Source of the DNA: Eledone cirrhosa | Lineage: Eukaryota | DNA: 64,000 nucleotides | Direction: 5' to 3' | NCBI GenBank assembly: GCA_964016885.1 | Contig: OZ024743.1 | Location: 155,062,001 to 155,126,000 of the forward strand | Shown here: piece after piece, positions 16,478 through 30,400 of the stretch | How positions within the stretch are numbered: the stretch's first letter is position 1 | How the letters are laid out: each line of letters opens with the position of its first letter | Notes under the pieces: model-generated | The model's input: the letters and a program-made list of their open reading frames with translations, nothing else | What the model was told of the DNA's origin: nothing | Database searches by the model: none | Position numbers and translations under genes: made by a program

Positions 16478-16750
<273 letters not shown>

Positions 16751-16785
16751 ATATATATATATATATATACACATATGTGTTTGTG

Positions 16786-17060
16786 TGGAGGCACGTGACC
16801 TAGTGATGAGGCGTTGGACTAACGACCATAATGTCGTGCGTCCGATTCCTTGCGTGTTTTGTGCTTGAGCAAAATACTTCATTTCACGTTACTCCATTAT
16901 ACTTGGCTGAAAATGAGTACCTTCAATAGCAAGAGTGTTAAACCCGCGATGTACTGGCGTCCTGTTCAGGGGGAAGTCTTCTACTCTCAGCTGCTTCACG
17001 CCATGAAACCGGGATAAGTACCGGCCGAATGAGCCGTGTTGTTAAAGGCAGACTTTAGAC
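16786..17060 (+). mobile_element. Second tRNA-derived SINE family with a V-domain-like core
   Basis: tRNA-like head (ggaggcacgtgacctagtg...cgattcc), cttgagcaaaatactt, cccgcgatgtactggcgtcctgttcagggg, tail gcttcacgccatgaaaccgggataag. Confidence 0.7.
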
Positions 17061-17089
17061 TATATATATATTTTTATATATATATATTT

Positions 17090-17874
17090 TTTTTTCTAAG
17101 CGCTCATATATTCACCTAGCTTATGCTAGCAGAATCACTATGTAGCTTGTTCCCTTCCTTCTACGGTTAGCTCTCCTCTTTGTTGTTATCTTGTCTCACT
17201 CGCTTTACGCGTTTTAATTGTCCTTAATTTAGTTATTATTGCACCGACGTGAGGTATATGATTTTTAATGCAATGAAATATCTATGATCGTCGGCAAATC
17301 ACTGATGAGGGACTTATTTTATTACATGTGTATCCATGTGCAACCTGCAGTATTCTTCTCCCCTTTTTTTCACATATATTTACCTAAACTGCGTTTCTGT
17401 TTTTTCTCTCTCGCTTACTGCTCCCTCGTTCTCTCTGTTTCTGCTACTTTCTTTCGCCCCCTCTGTCACGTCAGTTAACTCTTCCTCACACTTCCACTCA
17501 CTCACTCACTGTTTCTCCTCTTCTCACTTCACCCCGTTTGCGACGAAAACATGTTCTCTCTTTCTCACATTTGGATTCATTCCCGAAAGGTCTTTTTTCT
17601 AAGCGCTCATATATTCACCTAGCTTATGCTAACAAAATAACTATGTAGCTTGTTCCCTTCCTTCTACGGTGCTCTCCTCTTTGTTGTTATCTTGTCTCAC
17701 TCGCTTTACGCGTTTTATTTGTCCTAATAACTTAATTTAGTTATTATTGCACCGACGTGAGGTATATGATTTTTAATGCAATGAAATATCTATGATCGTC
17801 GGCAAATCACTGATGAGGGACTTATTTTATTACATGTTATCCATGTGCAACCTGCAGTATTCTTCTCCCCATTT

Positions 17875-17880
<6 letters not shown>
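17090..17880 (+). repeat. Partial tandem duplication, 503-bp period (~1.6 units), flanked by TA
   Basis: ctaagcgctcatatattcacc at 17096 and 17599; both copies contain CTGATGA. Confidence 0.85.
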
Positions 17881-17920
<40 letters not shown>

Positions 17921-17925
<5 letters not shown>

Positions 17926-19020
17926 AAGGAAAAGCGAAGTACTTTCAGATGTTCAAATCGTTTAATAACAATGCTGTGATATATATTTCAATGACGACAC
18001 TGGCCAGACTGTTCTGTGTGCGAGTGTCGTGTCATTATCAGACAGCCTGTTACATAATAAGGTTATGTTTCCGAGGCAATCCAAATTGAATCGACATGGG
18101 AATGGATGAAGTGTGTGCTTTTGGGTTCTTCATCCGTTCCCCTGTGAGTACCAATTCACCCCCACCGGTCTGCGCAGGCGCATGTCCGAAGGAAGTTGAC
18201 CATTAGCTACCGCAGATTTCAACGAAATTCGCTTAGTCAGTTCACCCAAGCAATGGCCCACCTAGGCCTGTACCATAGTTTACTGCTACCCATCCCGACT
18301 GTGGCAGTCAGCCGAAAGCCAGAGGGGATGTGAGAGTGTTAGTTTTTACAGGTCACAATACTACCTCTCACCAAGCGTGGACAGTACGACTGCCCATCAA
18401 CTCATAAGAGAAAATAAACTTAATTATAGGTATCATGGTTTTACATTGGAAGTTAAGAGTGAGAGTTGGAAAGAAAAATTAAAATCCTAAATCAAATATC
18501 AGAAATTATAAATTAAACAATTAAAAAATTAACAATTAGAAATTAAAAGATTTTTCAAGTGAGAATCCGGATTGAGGTGAGTAAAAACATATAGATTGAA
18601 GTGAGTAAATAATATGGAGAGAGATGTTTAAGTAAGAAGTTCTGAGAGGGGTTCTAGTGTCACAGTTACTCTATCCAGATATTGAACGACAGTGCCGAAC
18701 ATTAGAACGGAGTATAAACGACAGTATTCAAGGCAGTAGTCAATCTGGTACACAGTCATAATTTCCATCACATGGAGCAAAATCAAAGAAAAACAGACAT
18801 AAATAACACAAAAGAAAAGAACCAATAATGAATAAATGTAAAAACACAGAGTACATATATGCAAAATGATCCATATGATTGTCAATCTGTCAATGTATAG
18901 ATTGAATTGAGGCGGCTTCTCTTCAAATGCGATTTGGTGCGATTCTGTTCAAATGCAATTTGGATTGCCTCGGAAACATAACCTTATTATGTAACAAGCT
19001 GTCTGATGATGTCACGACAC
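17921..19020 (-). mobile_element. PLE-type 3' UTR (family D) with HHR at 17973-18046 and an inverted partial copy at 18955-19020
   Basis: gctgt-CTGATAA-stem II-GAAA-tatata-TC-acagc; same family at 55750-55976. Confidence 0.7.
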
Positions 19021-20197
19021 ATAATTTCTAAAGTGTATATTAATTAGGTTTATAATATTTAAAAGTTCTTCTCAGTTTATGATTACATGATATAATTAAT
19101 GCCTGTCGTTAGTTTAATAGGATATCCTTAGATTTCATTATCTCAAAAAGTTCCTGGGAACATAATCTACATTCATATCTATTATTTTGATAAGGGGTGG
19201 CCCTTTTGAGCACACTCCAGGTAATGTTATAATCTATATTCCTCTTTCTATAGTTATTAATTAATATACACTTTAGAAATTATTATAATAACATTTTTTT
19301 CTAAATTAGTTAACCTATAATTAATATTCTACTACTAATGAACTGCATAATTTTATTTCCCTTTTACAGCTATCTTTTCCTAACATTTATACCAATAAGT
19401 ATACATATAAACTATTTTAATTTCAGGTTGTGATTCTATATTCCTTATAATCTATATAAATTTGTTATTTCTCACTAATAAAATTACCCCCCCCCCCCCA
19501 TAATTATTATTATTTTATTTTTTTTATTCTCCTTTCGTTTTTAAAAGCACTCTTCAATTACATCTAACTCTTATATATCATATCTATATGAATTAATATA
19601 AATTTATCAATATAAATTTACCTATCAATTTAATTAATTTATTTTCTTTTTATAGATGTAAACTCCCTATATTTTGAATAAGATTGATATTTTTCACTAA
19701 CACATTTATCGTTAAATTTTATTCTCCTTAGATATTTACATTGGCATTATTCTTTTATAACATCAATTCTTCGTGTACCTTTTACCGACTTGACCTATTT
19801 TCATCCCTAAAATAATCTGTTCATTCATCATACTCTTTCCATTCAAAACTGAAATCTGACTTCCTCTACCCCTAAATTAATGTTCTATTACTAATATTCT
19901 ACCATCTTGACCACACACTACCGTTTTATTGGTCAATTCAAAACCTGTTCCCAAACAGACCTATTATATTAAATCTTTGTTGGTTTTTTTCAATAAACAA
20001 ATATCATTATTTCTGAAGACAGCATATATATGTGTAGGTATGTATATTCCCTCTGATAGTTTGCAAAAATGTTACATAGATCTATATGATATACATACCA
20101 ACACAAACATATATATCCTAGAAACAATCGTAAAATGATGAATTTTTTAATATAAGGAATTGTTTCTTTGTTTTTATTCATTATTTTTATTAATTTA
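19021..20197. mobile_element. PLE family E: inverted endonuclease C-terminal fragment (19021-19255, -) joined to 3' UTR (19256-20197, +)
   Basis: Homologous to the 50971-52880 element; HHR at 20004-20141. Confidence 0.8.
20004..20141 (+). ncRNA. Type I HHR with 101-nt stem II (family E)
   Basis: tcattattt-CTGAAGA-long hairpin-GAAA-caatcg-TA-aaatgatga (9-bp stem I); copy at 51023-51164 (-) has a cgatcg stem III. Confidence 0.85.
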
Positions 20198-20204
20198 TAT
20201 ATAT

Positions 20205-20996
<792 letters not shown>

Positions 20997-21071
20997 ATGT
21001 ATGTATATATAGGTAATATAACGTCCAGTTACTGTAGGGTCAACAGAGAGCGCACTGTCATTAACACAGCG

Positions 21072-21160
21072 GTGATCCGATGAGCTTTTGATTCCAGAAT
21101 CCGTCTAAATCTATACAGAACGAATCTTGAATTGATCAATAGCGAAACGTACGTCTCTAC
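21072..21160 (+). ncRNA. Variant type I HHR (CCGATGA core), 60-nt stem II
   Basis: CCGATGA-gcttttgat...atcaatagc-GAAA-cgtacg-TC, then AATAAA; stem I poor. Confidence 0.55.
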
Positions 21161-21211
21161 TCAATAAACGTAGTAAAGACATAACCAATCGCCCATTTTA
21201 TTATTATAATT

Positions 21212-21400
21212 ATTGAATTGGCAGTATCGGCAGAGGGTCAGACGACATACTTTCCAGCATAGTTACGTCCCTTCATGGTGTTAGTTCAAATCCCGTCGAG
21301 TTTAACTTTGCCTTTCATCCTTACACGGTCGATAAAATAATGTGCCAGTAATGTACTGAGTAATTGCTGGCCTTGTGATAAATGTAGAGATAATTATTAT
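21212..21400 (+). mobile_element. tRNA-derived SINE, near full length
   Basis: tgaattggcagtatcgg...gttcaaatccc...actttgcctttcatcc...(att)n tail. Confidence 0.85.
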
Positions 21401-21649
21401 TATTAATATATATATATATATATAAAACTAAGGACGTCTGTCTGTGTGTGTGTGACTTTGAATCCCTAAATCTCGAGAAGTACCGAACCGACTGTTTTCA
21501 AACTTTACACATGTAATACTTATGTTTCAGGGAGTGTTCTGAGCAGAAATAAGTTCAAATGTTCAATGCCCTAGGTACCGCATTAGATGATTTAGCGATC
21601 TCTCTCTATAATTCTTAGTCTTTCTCTTTTTAGCTAGATACATACATAT

Positions 21650-22550
21650 AACGACGCGCTCTTATAACATATGTCTGTACGTCTGGCCGTCACTTCCCAC
21701 AATTCCATATGTGTCCAGAACATGCCCTTATAATATATGTCTGTATGTCTAGCTGTCTGCTGCCTCAGGTTATTCAGCCACCCTTGCTCAAGACAAATCT
21801 CACACTCTCCCAAACAGTTGGTAAATGCATACAACCTCTTCTTCACGTTTTCAGCCACAGTGTTGCTTACTTACGTACCACCAGACCCTTACTTCTTTGC
21901 CAGCCGTGGTTGTGGCAATACTAAGCTTAGCTAAGGCGGTTATATATTTCACACAACACTAAAAATGAAAGCTGGTAACTATGTATTAGTCAGTCTCTTC
22001 TTCATACCGTGAGCAAAGAAAATTCAACTTTAGTGGAGCGAGTAAAATAAAGTCCAGAACGCGCCCTTATAATACATGTCTGTGTATCTGTACGCCTGCA
22101 TTACGTCACTTCCCTCAATTTCATATGCGTCCAGAACGCGCCCTTATAATATCTGTCTGTATGCCTGGATGTCTGCTGCCTCCGGTTAAATGCCACCCTT
22201 GCTCAAGGCAAATACACACTCATTCCCCAAACAGTTGGTAAGTGCACACAATTTCTTCCTCACGTTTTAAGCCACAGTGTTGCTTAGATACATTACCAGA
22301 CCCTTACTTCTTTGCCAGCCGTGGATGTGGCAACAATAAGCTTAGCTAAGGCGGTTATATATTTCACACAACACTAAAAATGAAAGCCGGTAACTATGTA
22401 GTAGTCAGTCTCTTATTCATACCTTGAGCAAAGAAAATCCAACTTTTAGTGGAGCGAGTGAAATAAAGTCGATCCTGATGCGATTCAAAAATCAGGTTTG
22501 CAGGTTATATATTTTACACAACACTAAACATTAAAGCCGGTAAAGAAAAA
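21650..22550 (+). repeat. ~415-bp tandem repeat (~2 units) in the Helitron 5' region
   Basis: ccagacccttacttctttgccagccgtgg at 21881 and 22296. Confidence 0.85.
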
Positions 22551-23009
22551 CATCGTTATAATAGCTTCAATTTTCACAGTGTTGCAATTTTATGCGAATT
22601 ACTTAAGAAATAAAGTATTGCATATTGTTTTGGAGTGTAAATTGTATACTTTGTAAGAATTATAAATGACTAGCAGAAAAACCACCAACCCTCTGACACC
22701 TGTTGCTCTGCCATCCCTGCTGTAGGCCAAATCTACCACTCATTCAACAGACATTTGGTAAGCGCACATAGTTACTCTCTCGAGTTTTCTCCTGATGCGC
22801 GTATCATTGACATTTACTTCTTTTTTGGCTTCGGTTGTCGCAATGTTAAACTTCCTGTCATTCCAATACCTTGAGGGTAGTTAAGCAAGTTGCCTTGCCT
22901 TTAGGCCACATACCTGTAGACAAATCCATAGACACTTAATGCAATTCACTTACAAAATAGCCCTTGCTCTAGGAGTGAGTCTCACTGCATTTCTTCCTAA
23001 TTTTAGGTC

Positions 23010-26000
23010 GTGCCTCGAACGAAGAGATACTCAATCGGACGAAAAGCTGCGAAAGCTGTAATGTCAAGAGCAAGGCAGGCAAACGAATCATCAGAGGATT
23101 CTACTATACGACGGTCACGGGCTTTTGAATGTGGTCCCGTGAGAAGAGCACTCGAAACAAACGACCAACGAACCGCTCGCCGAACAACTATTGCTGTTTT
23201 GACTTCTACTGCAAGAGCTGCAGAGACTGAACACCAGCTTCGAAGCCGCCATACCGCTAACGTTGCATCAACATCTGCTGACAGAGCGACAGAGAATGAA
23301 GACCAGCATCGGATGCTGCGAACACTGCTGCTGCTCGAGTGTCCAACACGGCGCAAGACAGCGATAAACGTCTAGAGAGTAATGTCCAAAATAGAGCCCT
23401 TAGGCAAGGGGTTTCAAAGCCGTGCAGCTCACAATGGGCCTTCAAAGCTTTCGAGTACAGCCCCAACTTTCATTACGGCAGCCACCCAAACAGGACACTT
23501 GAAGTATGTCAAAAACGTGCTCATTTTAATGCCAAAAAGTGGTCGGGGGAACACCCTGGGATATGCTGCTCAAACGGCAAAGTCAAATTGCACTCACTGG
23601 AGGACCCACCACAGCCGCTGAAGATCCACCTTTCAGGCTCAACTGCCGATTCAAATCACTTTGTCAGTAATATCCGGAAGTACAATTGGGCCTTCCAGAT
23701 GCCATCTTTCGGTACAAATGTTGTCAGAGAGGGTGGATTTATGCCCACATGTAAATTGCAAGGGCAGGTATATCATTGAATCGGACCGCTCCAACCTACT
23801 ACCAACGAAGATCCCCAGTTCCTCCAAATTTACTTCATCGGGAATGTCAACGAACAGGCTGCCATGCGGGCCTTTATTTCACCTGGCACCAAGCTTGACA
23901 TTATCAGAAACCTACAAGATATTTTGCACACATACACCAGCTATGTCATCAGCTTCAAGTACGCATTGGGAGCAGCTCCTTCATCACATTTCAATGTCGC
24001 AATTGATGCCTCGAAAAGACCTTCTGGCGAAAATTCGGGCCGCTACAATTTACCTGCGTGCAACGAAATAGCTGTACTTATTCACGGTTATCAGCACAAC
24101 CCTCGAGACATTGTTCTACGGCGACAAGACAGCATCCTCCAACGTATAAGCGAAACGCACAGGTCTTATGACCGTCTCCAATATCCACTGATGTTTGTGA
24201 AAGGAGAGGACGGCTACCGATTTGGTATTCTTCAGCATAATCCCGACCATCCTGGGCGTTAAACCAATAAAACTGTTTCCTGCGTGAGTTTATACTCTTA
24301 CCGATTCATTGTACGCCGCAACTCATTCAACCATCTCCACCAATAAGGGGACCTCTTTCAGCAATTCGCCGTCGACATGTGTGCGAAAATGCAATCAAAT
24401 GAAAGGTTGTGCTTCATCCGGTCACACCAGAGGCAATTGCGATCTGAATGCTACATCCACCTCCGAGATGCCCTCACCAATGAGGCAGCGCCAGCCAGCG
24501 TAGGAAAACTCTGCATCCTTCCATCCACTTTCACCAGAAGTCCGCGCTACATGCACGAGAGTGCGCATGATGCCATGACTTACGTTCGGCATTACGGCAG
24601 GCCCGACGTGTTCATCACTTTCACTTACAATCCTAAGTGGAAGGAGATTGTTGCAGAACTGTTCCAAGGGCAACATGCTAAAAATAGGCATTACCTCCTG
24701 GCAAGAATTTTTCGGCTGAAGCATATCAACCTGATGGAGCTCATCAAGAGAGGACAAGTCTTCAGACCAGTTATATGCGATATGTACACCGTCGAGTCGC
24801 AGAAGAGGGGCCTACCGCATGTCCATATCCTCATCTGGCTGTCAACAAAATATCTCCAAACGACATTGAGAATAGTGATGGCAAACTTGGTCCATCGTCC
24901 ATGTGGCCGTGGTTTCAATTTGAGCTTACATTGCCTGAACAACAATGTCTGCAGCAAAGTGTTTCCCCAAAAGTTCCTTAAAGAAACCCAGACTGGCGTG
25001 ACGGATACCCATTGTACAGACGACGGCAATCCAGACACCGAGGTTTCACAGCGACAGTTGGACAGCACGAGGTCGATAACCGTTGGATTGTGCCCTACTG
25101 CCCACTTCCTTCGAAGACGTTCGGTGCCCCCATCAATGTGGAATTCTGTAGCTCCCTCAAGTCCATCAAGTAGATCTGCAACTACGTGAATAAGAGTTCA
25201 GATGCTGCTGCTTTCGGTCTACAGCAGGACAACAGCCGTGATAAGGTCTCACAATACCAAGTTGGTCGTTACATCAGTAGCAACGAGGCTTTCATGCGGA
25301 TGTTTGGCTTCCCAATACACCAAAGGCACCCTGCTATTGTACAGCTCACGGTTCACCTTCAGAATGGTCAAAAGGTCTACTTCACTGAGGCTAATTGTGC
25401 CCAAATAGTGGAGGATCCACGAGCGACAACCCTCACTTGATGTTTTAAACTTTGTCGGACCGACTCTTTTGAACAGACTCTGCTTTGCACCAGGTGCCGT
25501 CCTACTACACATGGAATAAGCAACAATGGGTGCACAGAAAGGCAGGCCAACCTGTTGAAGGACATCCCGGCATAAAGTTTGACAGTTGCCTTGGGAGGGT
25601 TTACACTGTACACCCGAACCAACACGAGTGCTTCTACCTTCGTCATTTGCTTCATGATGTAAGAGGACCCCAATCTTTTCAACCCTCGAACTGTTGACGG
25701 CTGCGTGTGCAGCACTTACACGGAAGCTTGCTTCAAGCGTGGCCTGCTGGAAGACAGTGCGCAGTGGGAAGTGACTTTGTTCGAAGCCGTTGCATCTCAA
25801 TCGCCTATGCGTTTACGAACTCTATTTGCAGTAATGCTGCAAACTTACGAACTAAGCAATCCTATGTCTTTGTGGCTGCAGTTCAAAGAAGACTTATCCG
25901 AGGACTCTAAACGCCGGGTGCAAATGCAATACCTTCAAATGGAACGAAGCAGCGATGAGGTATTCAATTGTGCTTTGATTGACATCGATGACAGAGTTGC

Positions 26001-27499
26001 ATCGCTCGGTAGAAATTATTTGCCTTCATATGGTCTGCCCCAAGCGCTCCGTACTGGGTCAAACGTACTTCCTACAGCTCTTCTTCGGGAAACATCCTAC
26101 GGCGTAGATGACCTTATCAAGTGCGTCCGTGAAACTGAACCACAACTTCTTACGGATCAACGTCGTGTTTACACCATTGTTGCTGACCATGTGCCCCAAA
26201 GAAAAGGAGGTATGTTCTTTCTGGATGCTCTTTGAGGGATGGGAAAAACATGTTTAACAAGGCTTCTTGCAAAAGTCAGGATGCACAATGACTTTGCGGT
26301 TGCTGTGGCCTCTTCGGGGATTGCTGCATCTTTGCTGCCCAATGGCAGGACTGCACGCTCCACTTTTAAATTGCCCCTCAATATAACGAAGTGCGAAACA
26401 CTCACTTGCAGCATCAGCAGGAATTCCAATCAGGGCCAGGTCCTGAAACGGTGTCAACTAATTGTCTGGTATGAGTGCACCATGGCGCACAAAGGAGCTC
26501 TTGACACATTAAACACAACCATCCAGAATATCAGAGGCTGCCAGGATCCGTTAGGAGGTGTTACGCTTTTGCTTTCGGGCGACTTCACGCAGACCTTCCC
26601 TGTAATTCCCAAAGGTACACGAGCTGACGAAGTTGAAGCCTGTCTGAAGTCATCTCTCCTATGGCGCCATGTCAGGAAACTTACACCCAACATGAGGGCT
26701 AAATTACACGGTGACCAAACGTACGCTGACTTTGAACGGGCATTCTGACGCTTGGCGACGCAACAGGCCTCTTGGCGCTGAAGGCGAACTGGAAGTGTGG
26801 CCATTTGCGACGTCTGTTAGTTCTTCGGCAGAGCTCAAAGCCAAAGTGTTTACGGATTTGCAACACTATTTCCAGGACCCTACATGGTTGTGCGAAAGAG
26901 CAGTGCTTGCTCTAAAAAACGCCACTGTTAACAATCTCAAGGACCTGCTACTGGATTCCCTTCCTGGTGCTCTTTGCAACTACAGGTTTGTTGAACCGAT
27001 GTCTGATCCAAATGAAGTCGTGAACTTTCCACCAGAATTCCTAAACTCCTTACAGCCTCCGTGACTACCGCCCCACATACTATGCCTTAAAGTAGCGACT
27101 CCTGTTATGTTGCTGCGGATTTTGGAGTCACCGAGACTGTGCAACGGAACACGCCGGGCTGTAAAGAAAATGACGGACCATGTTATCGAGTCACCAAGCT
27201 TCTCTGGGTGCGGAAAAGGCGACAATATCTTCATTTCGAAAATTCCTCTTACTCCCTCGAGAGCCGAAATTCTGTTTACCTTCAGAAGACTGCAATTCCC
27301 GATTCGGGTCAGTTTTGCCATGTCCATTAACAAGTCCCGGGGTCAGATTCTTTATGTGGCCGGACTTCTACTGGAGGAGCCCTGTTTCTCCCACGGACAA
27401 TTATACGTTGGGTGCACTAGATTTGGAAGCAGGGAGAGGCTATTTGCATTATCACGACGAGAGAAAATAAGGAACATAGTTTACAACAAAGTGTTATAA
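23010..27499 (+). pseudogene. Helitron Rep/Pif1-helicase pseudogene (many stops and frameshifts)
   Basis: CCSNGKV, IRKYNWAFQM, LQYPLMF, FITFTYNPKW, ESQKRGLPHVHILIWL (HUH), FFLDAL*GMGKT, SSGIAASLL, GDFTQ, LCNGTR, RLQFPIRVSFAMSINKSRGQ, FSHGQLYVG. Confidence 0.95.
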
Positions 27500-30400
27500 A
27501 TTGTCCATAGGCCTCGGCCGGAAAGTTCTTCCGAAGATATTGGCTAGATTATTTTCGTCGACGCCTAGAGTTTCCCCAAGTACGTAGTCACTCTTCCCCT
27601 CCACTAATCCTCTATAGGACGCCAAGGTGGAGTTTCCACTGATCACAGTGCCCGATTGGTCGTGGGTTGTAAGCACCTGAAGACATTCCAGTCTCCAAGC
27701 GCTCCCTCTCGGTCTTCGCTTGACCCAGGACTGCAGCTCCGCCAAGGAGACGAGCTGTGGAAAGACGCGTCTAGCAAACGACGACCACACCTGAGCACTC
27801 TCGAGGAAGAGGTGGAGATATCGTAGCCTGAGCGCGTGTCTGCGCATCATCAGCCACGGCATGTCCAGCCCTCCATGTAGCGGGTGTTGACAGCAGATGG
27901 ACCGCCTGACCATCGGAGCGCGTCCCTTCAAACAAAAAGCGAAAGAGCAAACGCTCCAGCGCAGTCAGGCGGGGCTTAGGACAAGGTACGACGGTCAGGC
28001 GGTAGTAGATGACGGAGGCGATGTAGGCGTTAGCCACCTCCGCTCGACCTTTCAGGGATAGCTTCCTCTCCGCCCATTTGTGGGTGAGAGAAGCAACCCT
28101 GCTCGTCAACTCGTACCAGTGTTTGTCCATCTGGAGGTCCGTAACGAACCTCACCACTAGCAATTAAACCGGTCCGAACGTCCAGCGCCCGACGATGCTG
28201 TTGGACGGCATGAACCTGCCTCTCCAGGTGCCGAGCTGCGAGCCCACTGACTTTTCCTGGTTGATCATTGCTCCTGTCACCGCTTCGTATTTTCTTAGTG
28301 TATTGCCGATCGCCTCGATGTGTTAGGCGTTCGACACCACTACGGTGACATCGCTCGCATATGCTGACACGGACCTTCCGCATCCTAGTTCGCGCGGGAC
28401 CCCCTCAGCGTCTCCAGTTTGTGCAGTAATGGCTCGAGAGTCAATACGTACAAGAGGGACGAGAGGGGACATCCTTGGCGGACCGAGCGCATGATGTTGA
28501 ACTCTCACCACAGAGCAGATGTCGCTGTGCATGGCAGCGATCCAGCCTCTGAAGACGGGCCCAAACTCAACCGCCCTTTGAACTGCCGCCAGGTAACGAT
28601 GGTCGACCCTATCGAAAGTTTCGATTGACCTAAATTGATCAAGGACCATCCCGTGCCAGTTTCCCTAGCTACCCGCTCCACGATGTATCGCATGAGGTGG
28701 AGGTTGTCGTGGATGCATCTGTCGGGAATGGCCCATGTCTGCGCCTCTGCTAGCAGACCACCAACGACAAGCGCCAAACCCTTTGCTAGCACCTTGGCCC
28801 AAAACTTGAACTCTGTGTTTAGAAGAGTTATGAGCCTGAAATTATCTATGTTATCCCCCTTGTTCGGATCCTTTTTCAGCAGCGCTACCGCTCCTCGGCT
28901 CACAGAGCTGAGAATTCTCCCGTTCTGTTGCCAGTAGCAGTAGACGTCCGCTAAGAGCCCTCCGTACAAGTCTGGCATCTGTACGTAAAGTTCATAGGGC
29001 CGACTATCCAAACCAGGTGATTTACCCCTTGTGCAGCCAGTCATTGACTCCAAAATTTCAGCTGCTGTTATCGGCTTTTCGCAACACGCCGCCTCAGTGG
29101 CCGAGAGCCGCGGCAGTCCGTCGGGGTAGGCACTAAATCCATCCCTCGATCCGGCCCACCGCTGCCCCCGAACAACTGTGCGAAGTGTCGCTGAAAAGCT
29201 TCACACATTTGCCCGGGATATACTAGCATGCGCCCGTCGTGGTTCACCAGAGACCGGATCGTGGCTTTGTTGCCACGACGCGCCTCCGCCACTCGGTCCC
29301 ATTGAACGGCTTTCGTCTCCTCGTGTCTGAGAGCATGCACCCTAGCTCTGAGAAGGCAGCCTTCGTGCTTTGCATTGAAGAATTGGTCAAGGGGAAATTT
29401 TGCCACAAGTACGTCGGTCGCGATGCCTTTGCTAAGCGCCTCGTCTAATTTTCTAACTATTTCTCCCTCTGCTCTATTTTTTCTCTATTTCTAAAGCCTT
29501 ACTAAACCTAATGGACTCTGTTCTAATCGCTCTTTTCAGAGCAAACCACCACTTTAACTATTTCGCTAATAAGTCTCTGTAGGCCTTGCGCGCTGGTAAT
29601 GACGCGTTTAGCTTCCAGTAGCTAGGTCCTTGTCTATGAATCCTATCTAAGTCAACCACACAGATCAGGAAATTGTGGTCCGTGTAGCTGACTAACTTGA
29701 ATTGTGGACAGCTTATGCTAGACCTATCTATTTATCTACAAAATACTCGATCTAGATCTGATCTGGATGACCTGCTGCGGTTTCTACAAAACCACATTGG
29801 CACATTCGGGAAATCCAATCAGTACCTGTCAGACAGTTCAAAACGCCTGAGCAGGTTTGAGAGGCTCTGCACCTTTCTCCAGCGTGCATCTAAGGTCCCG
29901 TTCCAGTCGCCCACTAAAACTAATGAGCGGGACGTTACAAGAAAGGTCTCCAGACGCCGGAAGAAATCAGGCCGCCCAGCTCCTGTCGGGGCATAGACGG
30001 CCATAGGCTGAAATTTTGCCTGTCTCCGCTGGTCACGTCCAGCACCACCAACTTACCTTCTGGATCCAGGAAGATGGCTCGTATGGCTAGATCCAAAGCT
30101 ATCCGAAAAAGCACAGCAACTCCTCCCCCCGATCCAGGACGGCTGGAAGATGCATACACATCGTAGCCGCCGAAGATCGGTGCGTAGGCCCGTGCCTCGG
30201 AGATTCTGTTCTCGCTGATGGCCACCACACCTATGTTTTGCGACCTGAGGTCGTTCAGCAGGTGCCCCTTCTTCCAAGACGATCCCAGGCCACCTACATT
30301 TATGCTGCCTATTCTGAGAGTAGCGATGTTGGCTAGGATAGGAGGAAAACAAGTGAGAGGGGAGAGGTACAACACATTACCTATGGCTCTTCTCTAGGAA

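Larger units (their letters stand above)
21410..27499 (+). mobile_element. Helitron (decayed autonomous); 3' terminus not seen
   Basis: 5' region tatataaaac..gtctgtctgtgtgtg..accga..caaactttacaca resembles Helitron 5' ends (boundary approximate), followed by a RepHel pseudogene. Confidence 0.85.

Noticed and set aside
20053-20059. CTGATAG as a variant HHR core
   Set aside because: The real core is CTGAAGA at 20013-20019 with a 9-bp stem I; this lies inside stem II
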